Virus record (IMG/VR): IMGVR_UViG_3300005590_000001
Coordinates: 107,988-171,987 of that record
Strand: one strand, 5' to 3'
From: a virus
Length of the DNA: 64,000 bases
A program made the translations under genes and the position numbers. Below, piece after piece: positions 51,894 to 61,076 of this stretch; within the stretch, counting starts at the first letter, position 1; each line of letters begins with the position of its first letter. The notes under the pieces are model-generated. The model made no database searches and was not told where the DNA came from. It worked only from the letters and a program-made list of their open reading frames with translations.

Positions 51894-52105
51894 TACAAAA
51901 ATCCAATCTTACTTTTGGTTTGATCATTTATAATTTTCAGTTCGTCTTCTGCTAACCATACTTCTTTCATTTCATTAGCATGCCAATAAACACATTTGTA
52001 TCTAATATTTGAAAATTCATTGATTGTGATGGCTCTAATACTAGCTTCCATATGTTCACAATTGACAATAAGCACTCTTGTGTTAATAGGATAAACTTCA
52101 ATCAT
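51893..52105 (-). CDS. hypothetical protein
   Basis: Small ORF ending KIGF. Confidence 0.6.
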   Translation of the reverse strand: MIEVYPINTRVLIVNCEHMEASIRAITINEFSNIRYKCVYWHANEMKEVWLAEDELKIINDQTKSKIGFL

Positions 52106-53718
52106 TCTGCATACTCTTGTTCCAGTAAAACTTTACTCAAAGTATCATTTTTGTATGTCCAAAAATCACCAGATACAGACGTATCTACCGTTACAGAAAA
52201 TCTTGGCATTGGTCCATCCGGACAAATATCAATCGTGACATCTTCCTGTGGCCCAATAGGAGACGAAGCAAAGATTAAATAATCATCACCAGATTGAAAA
52301 CACAATGCAAATACTTTAATGACAGATTGATGAGCCCTATCAGATTGCCACATATCTCTATATTGATTAAATTGTGGTCCAGATGGGTGTTGTATCAATA
52401 CCAATCTTTCATTTGCAGAAGCGTTTTGCAAGAACCAACGGTCTCCGGGATCTGAATACCACGGAACTGCTTTAGACCAATAATATGGATGACCATAACC
52501 TTTAACGGCACGTTTTTCTGGGTCTTTTGCTTCCCACGGTAGCAATGGCATTACGTTAAAATCTCTTTCCCATCTATTATGCAATAACGTGCTATTCTGC
52601 CAAAAATCTGCAAGAATTGGATTTCTGTGTACCTCTTCACAAGACTCGATTAACGGCAACATATGGTTTTCATATGTATCAGCTACGGTTTGATTAGACC
52701 CGAGGAATAATCTATTTTTCTCTGTTCTCATGGTCCAGAGAACACAACGGACAACACCCTTCCAAACTTCTGCTTCGTGATTTTGGCCATTCCAAAAATG
52801 AGTTTCTAGTTGAAATTCAGGATCACTATTTAATTTTTGATCTAATGCCCATCTAGAATTAGAAGCTTCAACTTGAGGACTTCGTACTTTATAAGGTGAA
52901 TGAGTTGACCAACTATGGATATAGCCAATATTTGCCGTCACATTTTGTCCTTCAAATTCTAATTGTCCATCAGAACCTCCCCAAGGAATTCGATATCTAC
53001 CAAGGTCTTCAGGCTTTCCTTCTGATTCACTAAACTGGCCACCAAATCCGGTATATGCAAATATATGCATTCTACCAGACCAACTAGGACACCCATCATT
53101 CAATCCACGCATAAAGTGCTGTCTTCTTAAAGACATTTGCTTCCAAAATTCTCTTTGCAATACATATTTATCTACAGTTACTTCACCTTCTACTGAAGTT
53201 TGCCTAAGAGGATCAACAGAATATTCTTCATATTTTGGTATTCCAGCTTCATTATTATTACCAAGATAAACATAGGGTGGATTTGAATAATCATTAGCAT
53301 ATTCTACCTGTAGATATTCACCCAATCTGAATCCAAGATCATACCAATGATCAAAATTATTGACCCATGCTGAAACTTTATTAGTTACTGAGCCATCTGG
53401 CCTTGATGTAAAAAGTTCAGGACCCATTGAAACCCAAGGTTCTAATCTTGCAAACATTCCTTCAAAATTACGGCCCACGAAAGTAAGTGGTAAATTGTGC
53501 TCTTTAACATAAGACCACATTGGTTCGTAATAATGAGGAGAGCGAACGCTTCTGACATTTACTGGAAGAGAGTCGGTAATCAGCTCAAAGGTCGGGACAA
53601 TATGATCCCCAGCTTGAATTCTAGGCAATTGCCAATCTGGAGAATAACCTCGGTCTTCTCCATCCCATCGTTGAAATTCTCCGGTGTTCCAGCTTCCCCA
53701 ATAAGGTAATTTATTCAT
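52102..53718 (-). CDS. hypothetical Trp-rich protein
   Basis: 538-aa ORF; no recognised motif. Confidence 0.7.
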   Translation of the reverse strand: MNKLPYWGSWNTGEFQRWDGEDRGYSPDWQLPRIQAGDHIVPTFELITDSLPVNVRSVRSPHYYEPMWSYVKEHNLPLTFVGRNFEGMFARLEPWVSMGPELFTSRPDGSVTNKVSAWVNNFDHWYDLGFRLGEYLQVEYANDYSNPPYVYLGNNNEAGIPKYEEYSVDPLRQTSVEGEVTVDKYVLQREFWKQMSLRRQHFMRGLNDGCPSWSGRMHIFAYTGFGGQFSESEGKPEDLGRYRIPWGGSDGQLEFEGQNVTANIGYIHSWSTHSPYKVRSPQVEASNSRWALDQKLNSDPEFQLETHFWNGQNHEAEVWKGVVRCVLWTMRTEKNRLFLGSNQTVADTYENHMLPLIESCEEVHRNPILADFWQNSTLLHNRWERDFNVMPLLPWEAKDPEKRAVKGYGHPYYWSKAVPWYSDPGDRWFLQNASANERLVLIQHPSGPQFNQYRDMWQSDRAHQSVIKVFALCFQSGDDYLIFASSPIGPQEDVTIDICPDGPMPRFSVTVDTSVSGDFWTYKNDTLSKVLLEQEYAE

Positions 53719-53720
53719 TT

Positions 53721-54770
53721 TTATTCCATAAAGTTAAAATCCATGTCATCAACATCGTTGACGGAGGCACCGATTTTATAGCTCGTTACCTCTTGCTCCT
53801 GTGGAGCAACCTGACGTTTTTTAGAATCCATACCAAGCCAACTGATAGGATTTTTTGTATTAAATTGTTTAGGTAGACCTAAATTATTAAGTCTTGTATC
53901 TGTCAACCATTCAATGTATTGATGAAGAATGTGTTCATTTAATCCAATAAGACCACCGTCTTTAAATAGATATGAAGCCCATTCCTTTTCTTCACTAGCT
54001 GCCGAAAGAAAAATCTTGATAGCTTCTTCTTCAGACTCTTTGATAATTTCTTGAAAACCCTCACTTTTTTCTTTGCGAAGAATATTAATGATATTTTGAG
54101 TGATAGAAATGTGTACACCTTCATCTCTCTTAATTAAATCAATAATTTTTGCGTTTCCACACATTTTGGCGTTTTGTTCAAACGCAAGAGCACATGCGAA
54201 AGAAACATAAAAGCGAACACCTTCAAGAACATTAATATCTACTAAAGTAAGATATATTTGTTTCCGCAGATTATTTTCGTCTCTAAATTTCTTTTCAAGT
54301 GCATCATAAGATGAACACACTGAGTCTGCCCTCTTAAGAATTTCAGGATCTTCTAAAACAGAATCCATAATTTTTGAAGGTTCGGCGTACACATTCTTAA
54401 TCAAATAGGTGTATGAGAAACTGTGTAGCGTTTCAAATCTTTCCCATTCTGTCATACATGCTTCTAATTCAGGACAACTTACGTATTGACGGACATTAGG
54501 AATGCCGCGAGCAATTACAGAATCCATCATTGTTTGAAACTTTAAATTAGAAGTAAAAATAAATTTCTCACTTTCTGTAAGATCTTTATAATCCGCACGA
54601 TCCTTCGTAAGGTTTATTTCTTCTGGGTTCCAGTTAAATTCTCTCTGCTTAGTATACAAATCAATAAAAATTGGATATCGATTCTTATCATATCGTTGCA
54701 AAGATAAGCCTTCACCTAAGAAAAGAGGTTGTTCTAAAGTGTCTACGATTTTTTTATTTAGTACTGTCAT
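53721..54770 (-). CDS. nrdB: ribonucleotide reductase class Ia beta subunit
   Basis: WNPEE, FETLHSFSY, LEGVRFYVSFAC, RDEGVH, VAPQE. Confidence 0.95.
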   Translation of the reverse strand: MTVLNKKIVDTLEQPLFLGEGLSLQRYDKNRYPIFIDLYTKQREFNWNPEEINLTKDRADYKDLTESEKFIFTSNLKFQTMMDSVIARGIPNVRQYVSCPELEACMTEWERFETLHSFSYTYLIKNVYAEPSKIMDSVLEDPEILKRADSVCSSYDALEKKFRDENNLRKQIYLTLVDINVLEGVRFYVSFACALAFEQNAKMCGNAKIIDLIKRDEGVHISITQNIINILRKEKSEGFQEIIKESEEEAIKIFLSAASEEKEWASYLFKDGGLIGLNEHILHQYIEWLTDTRLNNLGLPKQFNTKNPISWLGMDSKKRQVAPQEQEVTSYKIGASVNDVDDMDFNFME

Positions 54771-55018
54771 TTACTGATATCCTCACTTAATGATAATAAT
54801 AAGTCAAGGAAATTTTTATTATCTCCTAAATAACGAAAGGTTACAGTTACTTCGTTTTCAATTGGGAAACAAATAGGGTTCATTATAGTTTGACTATTAC
54901 CAAATCCAAAATTAACATTTTGTGTTTCTGTAGAACCGCTATAATCAATGGATGAGACGGCAACCTTTTTGGATTCTAAATGACTTTTGAGTTTCGCAAA
55001 AAATTCATCATAAGTCAT
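54767..55018 (-). CDS. hypothetical protein
   Basis: ORF between nrdA and nrdB. Confidence 0.55.
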   Translation of the reverse strand: MTYDEFFAKLKSHLESKKVAVSSIDYSGSTETQNVNFGFGNSQTIMNPICFPIENEVTVTFRYLGDNKNFLDLLLSLSEDISK

Positions 55019-55449
55019 TTTAAATTCTCCAACACAAACTTAATCCACGCATGTTGTTTTTTTGTATCTTCTAGTGTCAATTTGATATTATATTTTATAA
55101 TAAAATTTTGTAAAGTCTCAAATGCATTTGACCTTTGAGTGGGTTCAATTATCACTGAATCTTTTATATGGCCTTTTCGAATTGTTAATTGAGAAGCCTT
55201 ATCAAACACAGTTTCCATTCCTGGTGGAAAAATATTTGCATTCTTGACTAATAAATATGGATAGTGATATTTAGTTTCGAATGCGTTATAAAGATATACA
55301 TTTTTGTTTTTTAACCAATCATAATTTAAAATTTCTTGATTGATTTTATCTTTAGATTCTTTAGCAATTTTTTTCTTAACTGATTGTAATTTTTTAATTT
55401 GATCATCCAGATCATTTAATTGACCAACCAAAGATGTCGACATTTTCAA
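55015..55449 (-). CDS. hypothetical protein
   Basis: ORF between nrdA and nrdB. Confidence 0.55.
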   Translation of the reverse strand: MKMSTSLVGQLNDLDDQIKKLQSVKKKIAKESKDKINQEILNYDWLKNKNVYLYNAFETKYHYPYLLVKNANIFPPGMETVFDKASQLTIRKGHIKDSVIIEPTQRSNAFETLQNFIIKYNIKLTLEDTKKQHAWIKFVLENLK

Positions 55450-55455
55450 ACCTTT

Positions 55456-56493
55456 CTAAATTGAACAAGCTCCACTTTCACATCTGTCAGATTCATGCGC
55501 TTCAGCACTATCATCCGGCGTATTGTTATAATACATTGTACGTAGTCCATACTTATACGCCAACATAATATCTTTAATTACTACAGATCGTGGAATTTTA
55601 CCATCTGGATAATGTTGATAATTCAAATATGTATTAAAGCTAATACCCATATCAAACCAACGTTGCATTGCCGCTGCAATTTTAATCATATTTGCATTTG
55701 ATGTAATATCCCATGCAATTGCATATTCATTTTTGTATCTTGGATAATTTGGTATAAGTACTTTTTTAATACCATTTTTTGCAGTTTTTTCTGTTAAAAA
55801 TGAACGAATTGGTTCTATACCATTAGTAGAAGATTGACAGATTGATGAGCTTTCGCACGGCATCTGTGCTGTGACTGTGCAATTACGTAATCCATAATTC
55901 TTGATTCGTTCACGTAATTTTTCCCAGTCCATTTTATATGAAAAAGCAATGTCTTCTGGAACCAAATCACGATCAGTCGGCAATACACCCAAAGAGTAAT
56001 CTACAGAATTAAAATCATCTGCGGCACCATGAGTTTCAGCCATTTCACAACTTGCAGAAAGCAAGTAATACTGCAAACGCTCGCACAGATCGTTCATTGC
56101 AGCAACAGCATCTGGGCTTTCATGATTCAGTTTCTGTGATGCTAGCCATGCGGCGAAATTAGTTACGCCAACTCCCAGACTACGTTTTCTTTTGCAGAAA
56201 TTCGCAGCTGCCGTAAATGGATATTCTTGATAATCAATGACTTCATTTAGGATATATACGATCATTCTGCATACGTTTTCCAATTCATCGTCTTTAACCT
56301 GAAGAAGATTTACGGCAGAGAGGATACAGACACCTATTTCGCCATGTTGATCATGGATTGACTGCAGAGGTCTCACAGGCTGAAGAATTTCGCAATTATG
56401 AACTAATATATCATTAGCATAAAAATTATGATTATCTTTAACTGTAATATCAAAAACATGTTCTGTTTGCTTAAGTTTTTTTATTTTTAGCAT
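55456..56493 (-). CDS. nrdA: RNR class Ia alpha, C-terminal fragment with split-intein C part
   Basis: 33-aa IntC ...FDITVKDNHNFYANDILVHN, then CEI, CILSAVN, MPCESSS, TMYY, CESGAC. Confidence 0.95.
   Translation of the reverse strand: MLKIKKLKQTEHVFDITVKDNHNFYANDILVHNCEILQPVRPLQSIHDQHGEIGVCILSAVNLLQVKDDELENVCRMIVYILNEVIDYQEYPFTAAANFCKRKRSLGVGVTNFAAWLASQKLNHESPDAVAAMNDLCERLQYYLLSASCEMAETHGAADDFNSVDYSLGVLPTDRDLVPEDIAFSYKMDWEKLRERIKNYGLRNCTVTAQMPCESSSICQSSTNGIEPIRSFLTEKTAKNGIKKVLIPNYPRYKNEYAIAWDITSNANMIKIAAAMQRWFDMGISFNTYLNYQHYPDGKIPRSVVIKDIMLAYKYGLRTMYYNNTPDDSAEAHESDRCESGACSI
56395..56493 (-). mobile_element. split intein C-fragment (33 aa)
   Basis: Blocks F and G ending HN, with +1 Cys. Confidence 0.92.
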
Positions 56494-57223
56494 TTATCAT
56501 ACCTAAAACCATATCTGGTCTTTTATCTTTTATGTGTATTAAATAATTACGGACACCGTCATTATACCACCGGCGACCCTTTAGTGATTTACTAATTTTT
56601 AAACGAGTTTTTTTAGAATAAGTATTTTTAGAATTATAAAAATCTATTTTATAGAATCTAATATTTTGTTTTTTTAATTCCTTTTGTACTTCAATAATAA
56701 AACTTTTAAATGATCCATTAAATCTATTTTTAGAAAATGTTTGAGGATAGCCTTCTCGGCGAGCAAATGCTTTCCATTCGTTGTATCCTAAACTTTTATT
56801 TGTTTTGAAGTATTCTACGGCTATTCGAATTAATTCTTGATCTGAATAACCAGAGTAATTTGGATTTTTATCTTTAGTAGTTCTGGCAGAAACTTTCTTT
56901 TTCCACTCTTTGAATTTACTTTTGGGGACTGACCACCCACCAACTCCACCTTTAGTCAAATTATAACCATGATTTGGGTTATTAGATTTAAATTTTTTGA
57001 CATATCGTCGCTCTTTCTTTTGAGCTTCGGATAGAGAGGTTCCTGTATCTAAAACTTTTGAAACAATATGACACGCACCATGTTTCCGTATTGCGCGATA
57101 AAAATATGTATCGATGCCCGATTTAGCATTGGTAATATGTTTAATCAAACGTTTTTCCATAGTAAATCTAGTAAATCCAATATAGCTTTTATTGTTCAAA
57201 ATATGTTGATAAATTGTATACAT
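56471..57223 (-). CDS. free-standing GIY-YIG homing endonuclease
   Basis: TIY...SYIG, R..KH, E, GYNLTKGG; NUMOD-like C-terminus; lies between the nrdA halves. Confidence 0.88.
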   Translation of the reverse strand: MYTIYQHILNNKSYIGFTRFTMEKRLIKHITNAKSGIDTYFYRAIRKHGACHIVSKVLDTGTSLSEAQKKERRYVKKFKSNNPNHGYNLTKGGVGGWSVPKSKFKEWKKKVSARTTKDKNPNYSGYSDQELIRIAVEYFKTNKSLGYNEWKAFARREGYPQTFSKNRFNGSFKSFIIEVQKELKKQNIRFYKIDFYNSKNTYSKKTRLKISKSLKGRRWYNDGVRNYLIHIKDKRPDMVLGMINAKNKKT

Positions 57224-57237
57224 AATATCTCCTTGTT

Positions 57238-57253
57238 TGTGTATAATTACACA
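57238..57253 (-). promoter_or_regulatory. palindromic GTGTAATWA motif upstream of the homing endonuclease
   Basis: TGTGTA-TAAT-TACACA just upstream of the AGGAG SD; the motif recurs at 62877-62886 and 62925-62933. Confidence 0.55.
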
Positions 57254-57278
57254 TTTTAGAAGATATTTATGAAATTTT

Positions 57279-58871
57279 TCATCCTATATCTAAAACATCA
57301 TCCTCTTTAAGAGATTCTGCCAAAACATATCCACGATTTTTAGTATAGATCTTATGATCTGGTGTACATCTAATTGTTTTACCAGATTTTTCATCCGTTA
57401 TTTCTAAAATCTCCGCGTTGCGTCTGGTTAAACTGGCTGCTAAAATGGGTTGATAACTTATTTCTCCAGTTGCAACATTCTTAGACTTTGCTAAAATTTC
57501 ACCATCTTGATTTAAAATATCTGGCAACTCTTGAATGGGAGCTTTGATTAATTCACCATTAACAGAAATGTCTACAAGAGTGTCACCAGTTAGGCAACAC
57601 AAATTAGTCATTTGAACCGTATCTATCCACGGCGATTCATTAGCCTTGTCAATATTCATTATATAGATGCGGCCGGTTTCTAGTCTTTCTTTTGCAAGTA
57701 AAGCAATAAGATCTCTAGCTCTGATTTGTTTTTTAAGGATTCCGGTTTTTGATTCAAATTCTTCATACAATGCTTCAAAACTAGGTGTACCAAACGCCTC
57801 GTATAAGGCTTCGGCTTGGTGTGGACAGAATAAAGTGATTTCTTCATCATTCTTGATCCGTTCATAAAATACTTTTTCTAATTGTATGCAATAATCTAGT
57901 TTGCGTACCCGATTATCGTCTGTACCAGCATTATTTTTTAATACGATTACATCTTCGATTTCATAATGCCACCAAGGTACTGATACCGTTGCTCCGCCGC
58001 CACGTAATCCATTTTGACTAGTACTTTTAACTGTTGATTCCATAACCTTTAAGAAAGGAATTATACCAGTTGAAATAACTTCACTGTCTCGAATTGGTGA
58101 TCCAATTGCTCTAACACGACCCATATTGATCCCAATACCACTTCTGCGTGCGGTATATTTACCAATCACGGCAGCGGTGGTAAAAATACTATCTAAACTA
58201 TCTCCACAATCTGCTAACACACAACTGGCGTAATACCGCATTTTTGTGCGGACACCTGCAAGTATCGGGGTTGGTAGATTGATCTTAAATTGAGATAGCA
58301 TATTATATGCTTGCTTAATCATACTCATACGATTTTCATAATCTTTAAATAAGATCATCGGAATGAGAATGTATACAAATTGTGGGGTCTCAAAGATTTT
58401 ACCGGTTTTTTTATCTGCAATTAAATACTTATCGATCATTTGTTGAATACCGGCGTGAGTAAAATCAAAATCTCTATCATGCTTGATAAAACGATTGATT
58501 TTATGAATTTCAGATTCAGAATAATATTCTAAAATAATACTATCATAATTGCGGCGGTTACGTTTGATATGATCATATAGTCTAGGAGGATCACATTCGC
58601 CCCACACCTCTTTGCGAAGAGCAAAATTTCTTAACTTGCTAGCCACATATTGGTAGTTTGGATTTTCTTCTGAAATTAAATTATATGCAGACTGAATCAA
58701 TACATCATGAATATCTTCAGTTCTAATTTTATCTGATATTGATAATTGTGCGTTCATACACACATCGCTTGCGGATACATTTTTAATACCATTACAAGCC
58801 CACTCAACAACTTGAGTTATTTTATCTGGATTAAAATCCTCCAGTTTACCATTACGCTTTTTTACTTTCAC
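57279..58871 (-). CDS. nrdA: RNR class Ia alpha, N-terminal fragment with split-intein N part
   Basis: ATP cone VKKRNG, PTPIL, ASCVL, TNLC, followed by CLTGDT...CTPDHK. Confidence 0.95.
   Translation of the reverse strand: MKVKKRNGKLEDFNPDKITQVVEWACNGIKNVSASDVCMNAQLSISDKIRTEDIHDVLIQSAYNLISEENPNYQYVASKLRNFALRKEVWGECDPPRLYDHIKRNRRNYDSIILEYYSESEIHKINRFIKHDRDFDFTHAGIQQMIDKYLIADKKTGKIFETPQFVYILIPMILFKDYENRMSMIKQAYNMLSQFKINLPTPILAGVRTKMRYYASCVLADCGDSLDSIFTTAAVIGKYTARRSGIGINMGRVRAIGSPIRDSEVISTGIIPFLKVMESTVKSTSQNGLRGGGATVSVPWWHYEIEDVIVLKNNAGTDDNRVRKLDYCIQLEKVFYERIKNDEEITLFCPHQAEALYEAFGTPSFEALYEEFESKTGILKKQIRARDLIALLAKERLETGRIYIMNIDKANESPWIDTVQMTNLCCLTGDTLVDISVNGELIKAPIQELPDILNQDGEILAKSKNVATGEISYQPILAASLTRRNAEILEITDEKSGKTIRCTPDHKIYTKNRGYVLAESLKEDDVLDIG
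57282..57596 (-). mobile_element. split intein N-fragment (105 aa)
   Basis: Block A CLTGDTLV and block B IRCTPDHKIYT. Confidence 0.92.
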
Positions 58872-59223
58872 TAGAAGTTTCCTTAGTGTTCACTATAAAT
58901 ATTTCTAAATTATGTTTTTGTGCTAAATCAATCATATGCTTTGTACCTTTACTTTCACCGTCCCACAAAGCAATTAACGCGTCTCCACGAATAGCCATTT
59001 GTTCGTTTCTTCTATAACCAGCAGATTTACCATAGATATTCCATTTAGCTGGATATTGTTCCAATGGAATGTTGTTTTCTGCAGCATATTTTTCACCTAA
59101 TTTATCTGCGCCATTGGCGGTACCAGAAAGGATAGTGCTAATTTCCCAATTGACTTTTGAAATAGCGTCTTCAAGAAGGTTAAAGTCATCAATACCTCTT
59201 GAGCCAGCAATAATTGTTCTCAT
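58852..59223 (-). CDS. SLOG/YspA-like (DUF2493) protein
   Basis: IIAGSR, SGTANGAD, AGYRRNEQM, WDGESKGTKHMI. Confidence 0.85.
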   Translation of the reverse strand: MRTIIAGSRGIDDFNLLEDAISKVNWEISTILSGTANGADKLGEKYAAENNIPLEQYPAKWNIYGKSAGYRRNEQMAIRGDALIALWDGESKGTKHMIDLAQKHNLEIFIVNTKETSSESKKA

Positions 59224-59233
59224 ATAAATTAAG

Positions 59234-59413
59234 TTATTCTACTTTCCATTTTTTAATAATGTCTGCTAATTTGATGAGACTTTCTTCTGTGTAATCTTCT
59301 TTATACGGAATACTATTAAGTTCTTCCTTATAGGTTCCATCATCATTAAGTGAATAATGGAACCCATTTTTGTTCAAAATTTTTAAAGCCTCATGTATAT
59401 CTTCAATACACAA
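59234..59413 (-). CDS. small hypothetical protein (not in the ORF track)
   Basis: TTG-start 59-aa ORF (CIEDIHEALKIL...KKWKVE) filling the gap. Confidence 0.45.
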   Translation of the reverse strand: MCIEDIHEALKILNKNGFHYSLNDDGTYKEELNSIPYKEDYTEESLIKLADIIKKWKVE

Positions 59414-59414
59414 T

Positions 59415-59834
59415 TCATTCTATTCCTTTGATGTTTTGATATTTACTATATTTGTCGGCGAGTTTGTTTTGTTCTCGCGGAACCCACTCAAATTCCACAT
59501 TTAATTGAGCGGCAAGATCTTGTGCTTCTTTGAGCAATTTCTGAAGATGCGGCTGTTTACATTTAAATTCATTCTTAATTTGTTTAATAATCAAGTTTGA
59601 ATCGCCGCGAATAATAATTTTTTTATCGCCGTGATTATCTATGCAATACTGCATTGCTTTTATAACGGCCGTATACTCTGCTACATTGTTTGTTTTATTG
59701 TCATTCTCACATATACCATTTTCTATGTAAGTCCCGTCATCTTCGATGACGGTGAACGCGTAGCAAGCAAATTCACCCGGATTTGTGGGCCCTACTGACC
59801 CGTCGAAATTAACAAGAATTGGGTGGGATGTCAT
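59415..59834 (-). CDS. rnhA: ribonuclease HI
   Basis: NFDGS, TNNVAEY, GDSNL, WVPREQNKLAD. Confidence 0.92.
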   Translation of the reverse strand: MTSHPILVNFDGSVGPTNPGEFACYAFTVIEDDGTYIENGICENDNKTNNVAEYTAVIKAMQYCIDNHGDKKIIIRGDSNLIIKQIKNEFKCKQPHLQKLLKEAQDLAAQLNVEFEWVPREQNKLADKYSKYQNIKGIE

Positions 59835-60093
59835 TAAATTTATCTTCTGAGGTTGATAATGTTTGATTTAAGTTTGTCCAATATCCACCATCCGATGGAG
59901 AGGTTTGTGATACATCTATCGGAGGGTTTATCGTAATCTGATAATTTGGTGTTTCTTTTTCTAAAACTAAAGCAATATGATCCTTAATTACTTTTATTTG
60001 TTCTGGTAACAAACTCATCTGATTACTATGCTCCAAAGGGTCTGTTATTTCTAAATAACCCTGTAACCAATATATAAAATCACGTGACGTCAT
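59809..60093 (-). CDS. hypothetical phage protein
   Basis: DFIYWLQGYLEI...IKDHIALV. Confidence 0.65.
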   Translation of the reverse strand: MTSRDFIYWLQGYLEITDPLEHSNQMSLLPEQIKVIKDHIALVLEKETPNYQITINPPIDVSQTSPSDGGYWTNLNQTLSTSEDKFNDIPPNSC

Positions 60094-60307
60094 AAGTAAT
60101 ATCCCAAAAATCTGAAGCGTTATAAGTTAACGTTAATCCTATAACTCCAGTACTGCTGATTGTGTTTCTAGCTTGATGTTTTTTTCTATTTAAAAATCTA
60201 TTTAAAATAAAACCGCATTCTTCACACTCTACTTTACTAGTATCTGCATGTGGCTTAAGTATACCCATACCACAAGCTAGACATTTTTGTTCTAATCTAT
60301 CTTCCAT
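60080..60307 (-). CDS. small Zn-ribbon protein
   Basis: CLAC...CEECG. Confidence 0.5.
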   Translation of the reverse strand: MEDRLEQKCLACGMGILKPHADTSKVECEECGFILNRFLNRKKHQARNTISSTGVIGLTLTYNASDFWDITYDVT

Positions 60308-60308
60308 A

Positions 60309-60698
60309 TTATGCCTTAGTATTATACTTACGACTGAATGCAGTGTTTACATCAAGTCGTATTGTACACTGATAATTGTTTTGATCACACAACTTTTTGA
60401 ATTCATCACAAACTTCCATATGTGTAATATTATCACTCATATTCCATGTTATAGAACCAGCTGGTTTTTTGTAAAACGGTACTGACAAACAATACAGACT
60501 GTGTAATTTTGCGCGATGCACAGAAGCATCGTCAAATACTTCGATAATATAAGGGTGATTCTTTTTAAATGATTTAGAACTTTGAAAAGACTTCATCATT
60601 TCTTCAGCTAACTTACGCGCTTTACTTTTCCGTGGAATAATGGAAAAGGGAACAAGAGTTGCTAATATACTAAATTGTAAAAATTTTCTTCTATACAT
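60309..60698 (-). CDS. hypothetical protein with twin-arginine-like signal
   Basis: MYRRKFL followed by a hydrophobic stretch; SD AAGGA. Confidence 0.55.
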   Translation of the reverse strand: MYRRKFLQFSILATLVPFSIIPRKSKARKLAEEMMKSFQSSKSFKKNHPYIIEVFDDASVHRAKLHSLYCLSVPFYKKPAGSITWNMSDNITHMEVCDEFKKLCDQNNYQCTIRLDVNTAFSRKYNTKA

Positions 60699-60719
60699 AT
60701 TTTATCCTTTCTTAAAGAA

Positions 60720-60788
60720 TGAGCCGTCAGGGGATCGAACCCTGCATCAGAGAGTTGAAATTCTCTTTAGACACCATTGACTCGGCCC
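60720..60788 (-). tRNA. atypical tRNA-like RNA with 8-nt anticodon loop (AUUUCAAC; UCA or UUC)
   Basis: Acceptor GGGCCG/CGGCTC, perfect T-arm CAGGG-TTCGATC-CCCTG, anticodon stem AGAGA/TCTCT; D region shortened. Confidence 0.6.
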
Positions 60789-60799
60789 AATCGGATATC

Positions 60800-61051
60800 C
60801 TAAGACATCCGTTGTCGTCTTTCACGACAAATAGTTATTGCTGTTCTTGGTTCTTTTGGTTTTATTTTTTTAATATGAAATTCACCAAGATCATAAAGAC
60901 GCATCACATTATATGCAATTGGACACACAGGACAATTACCAGTTTCGCCATAAGTACCATTACATGTCATGTTATAACATCTAGGACAAATAACAGCATC
61001 TGCTTTGCATTTATAGCACCATTGAGTTTTGAATACTATATGTTGAGACAT
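60800..61051 (-). CDS. small Cys-rich protein
   Basis: CYKC, CPRC, C, CPVC; SD GGAGG. Confidence 0.65.
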   Translation of the reverse strand: MSQHIVFKTQWCYKCKADAVICPRCYNMTCNGTYGETGNCPVCPIAYNVMRLYDLGEFHIKKIKPKEPRTAITICRERRQRMS

Positions 61052-61076
61052 TATTCCTCCAAAACGAATAGTTTTT

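Noticed and set aside
56471-57278. Group I intron interrupting nrdA
   Set aside because: The flanks encode clear split-intein halves, and there is no non-coding room for a ribozyme core.
60720-60788. Selenocysteine tRNA
   Set aside because: It lacks the long variable arm and extended acceptor stem of tRNA-Sec.
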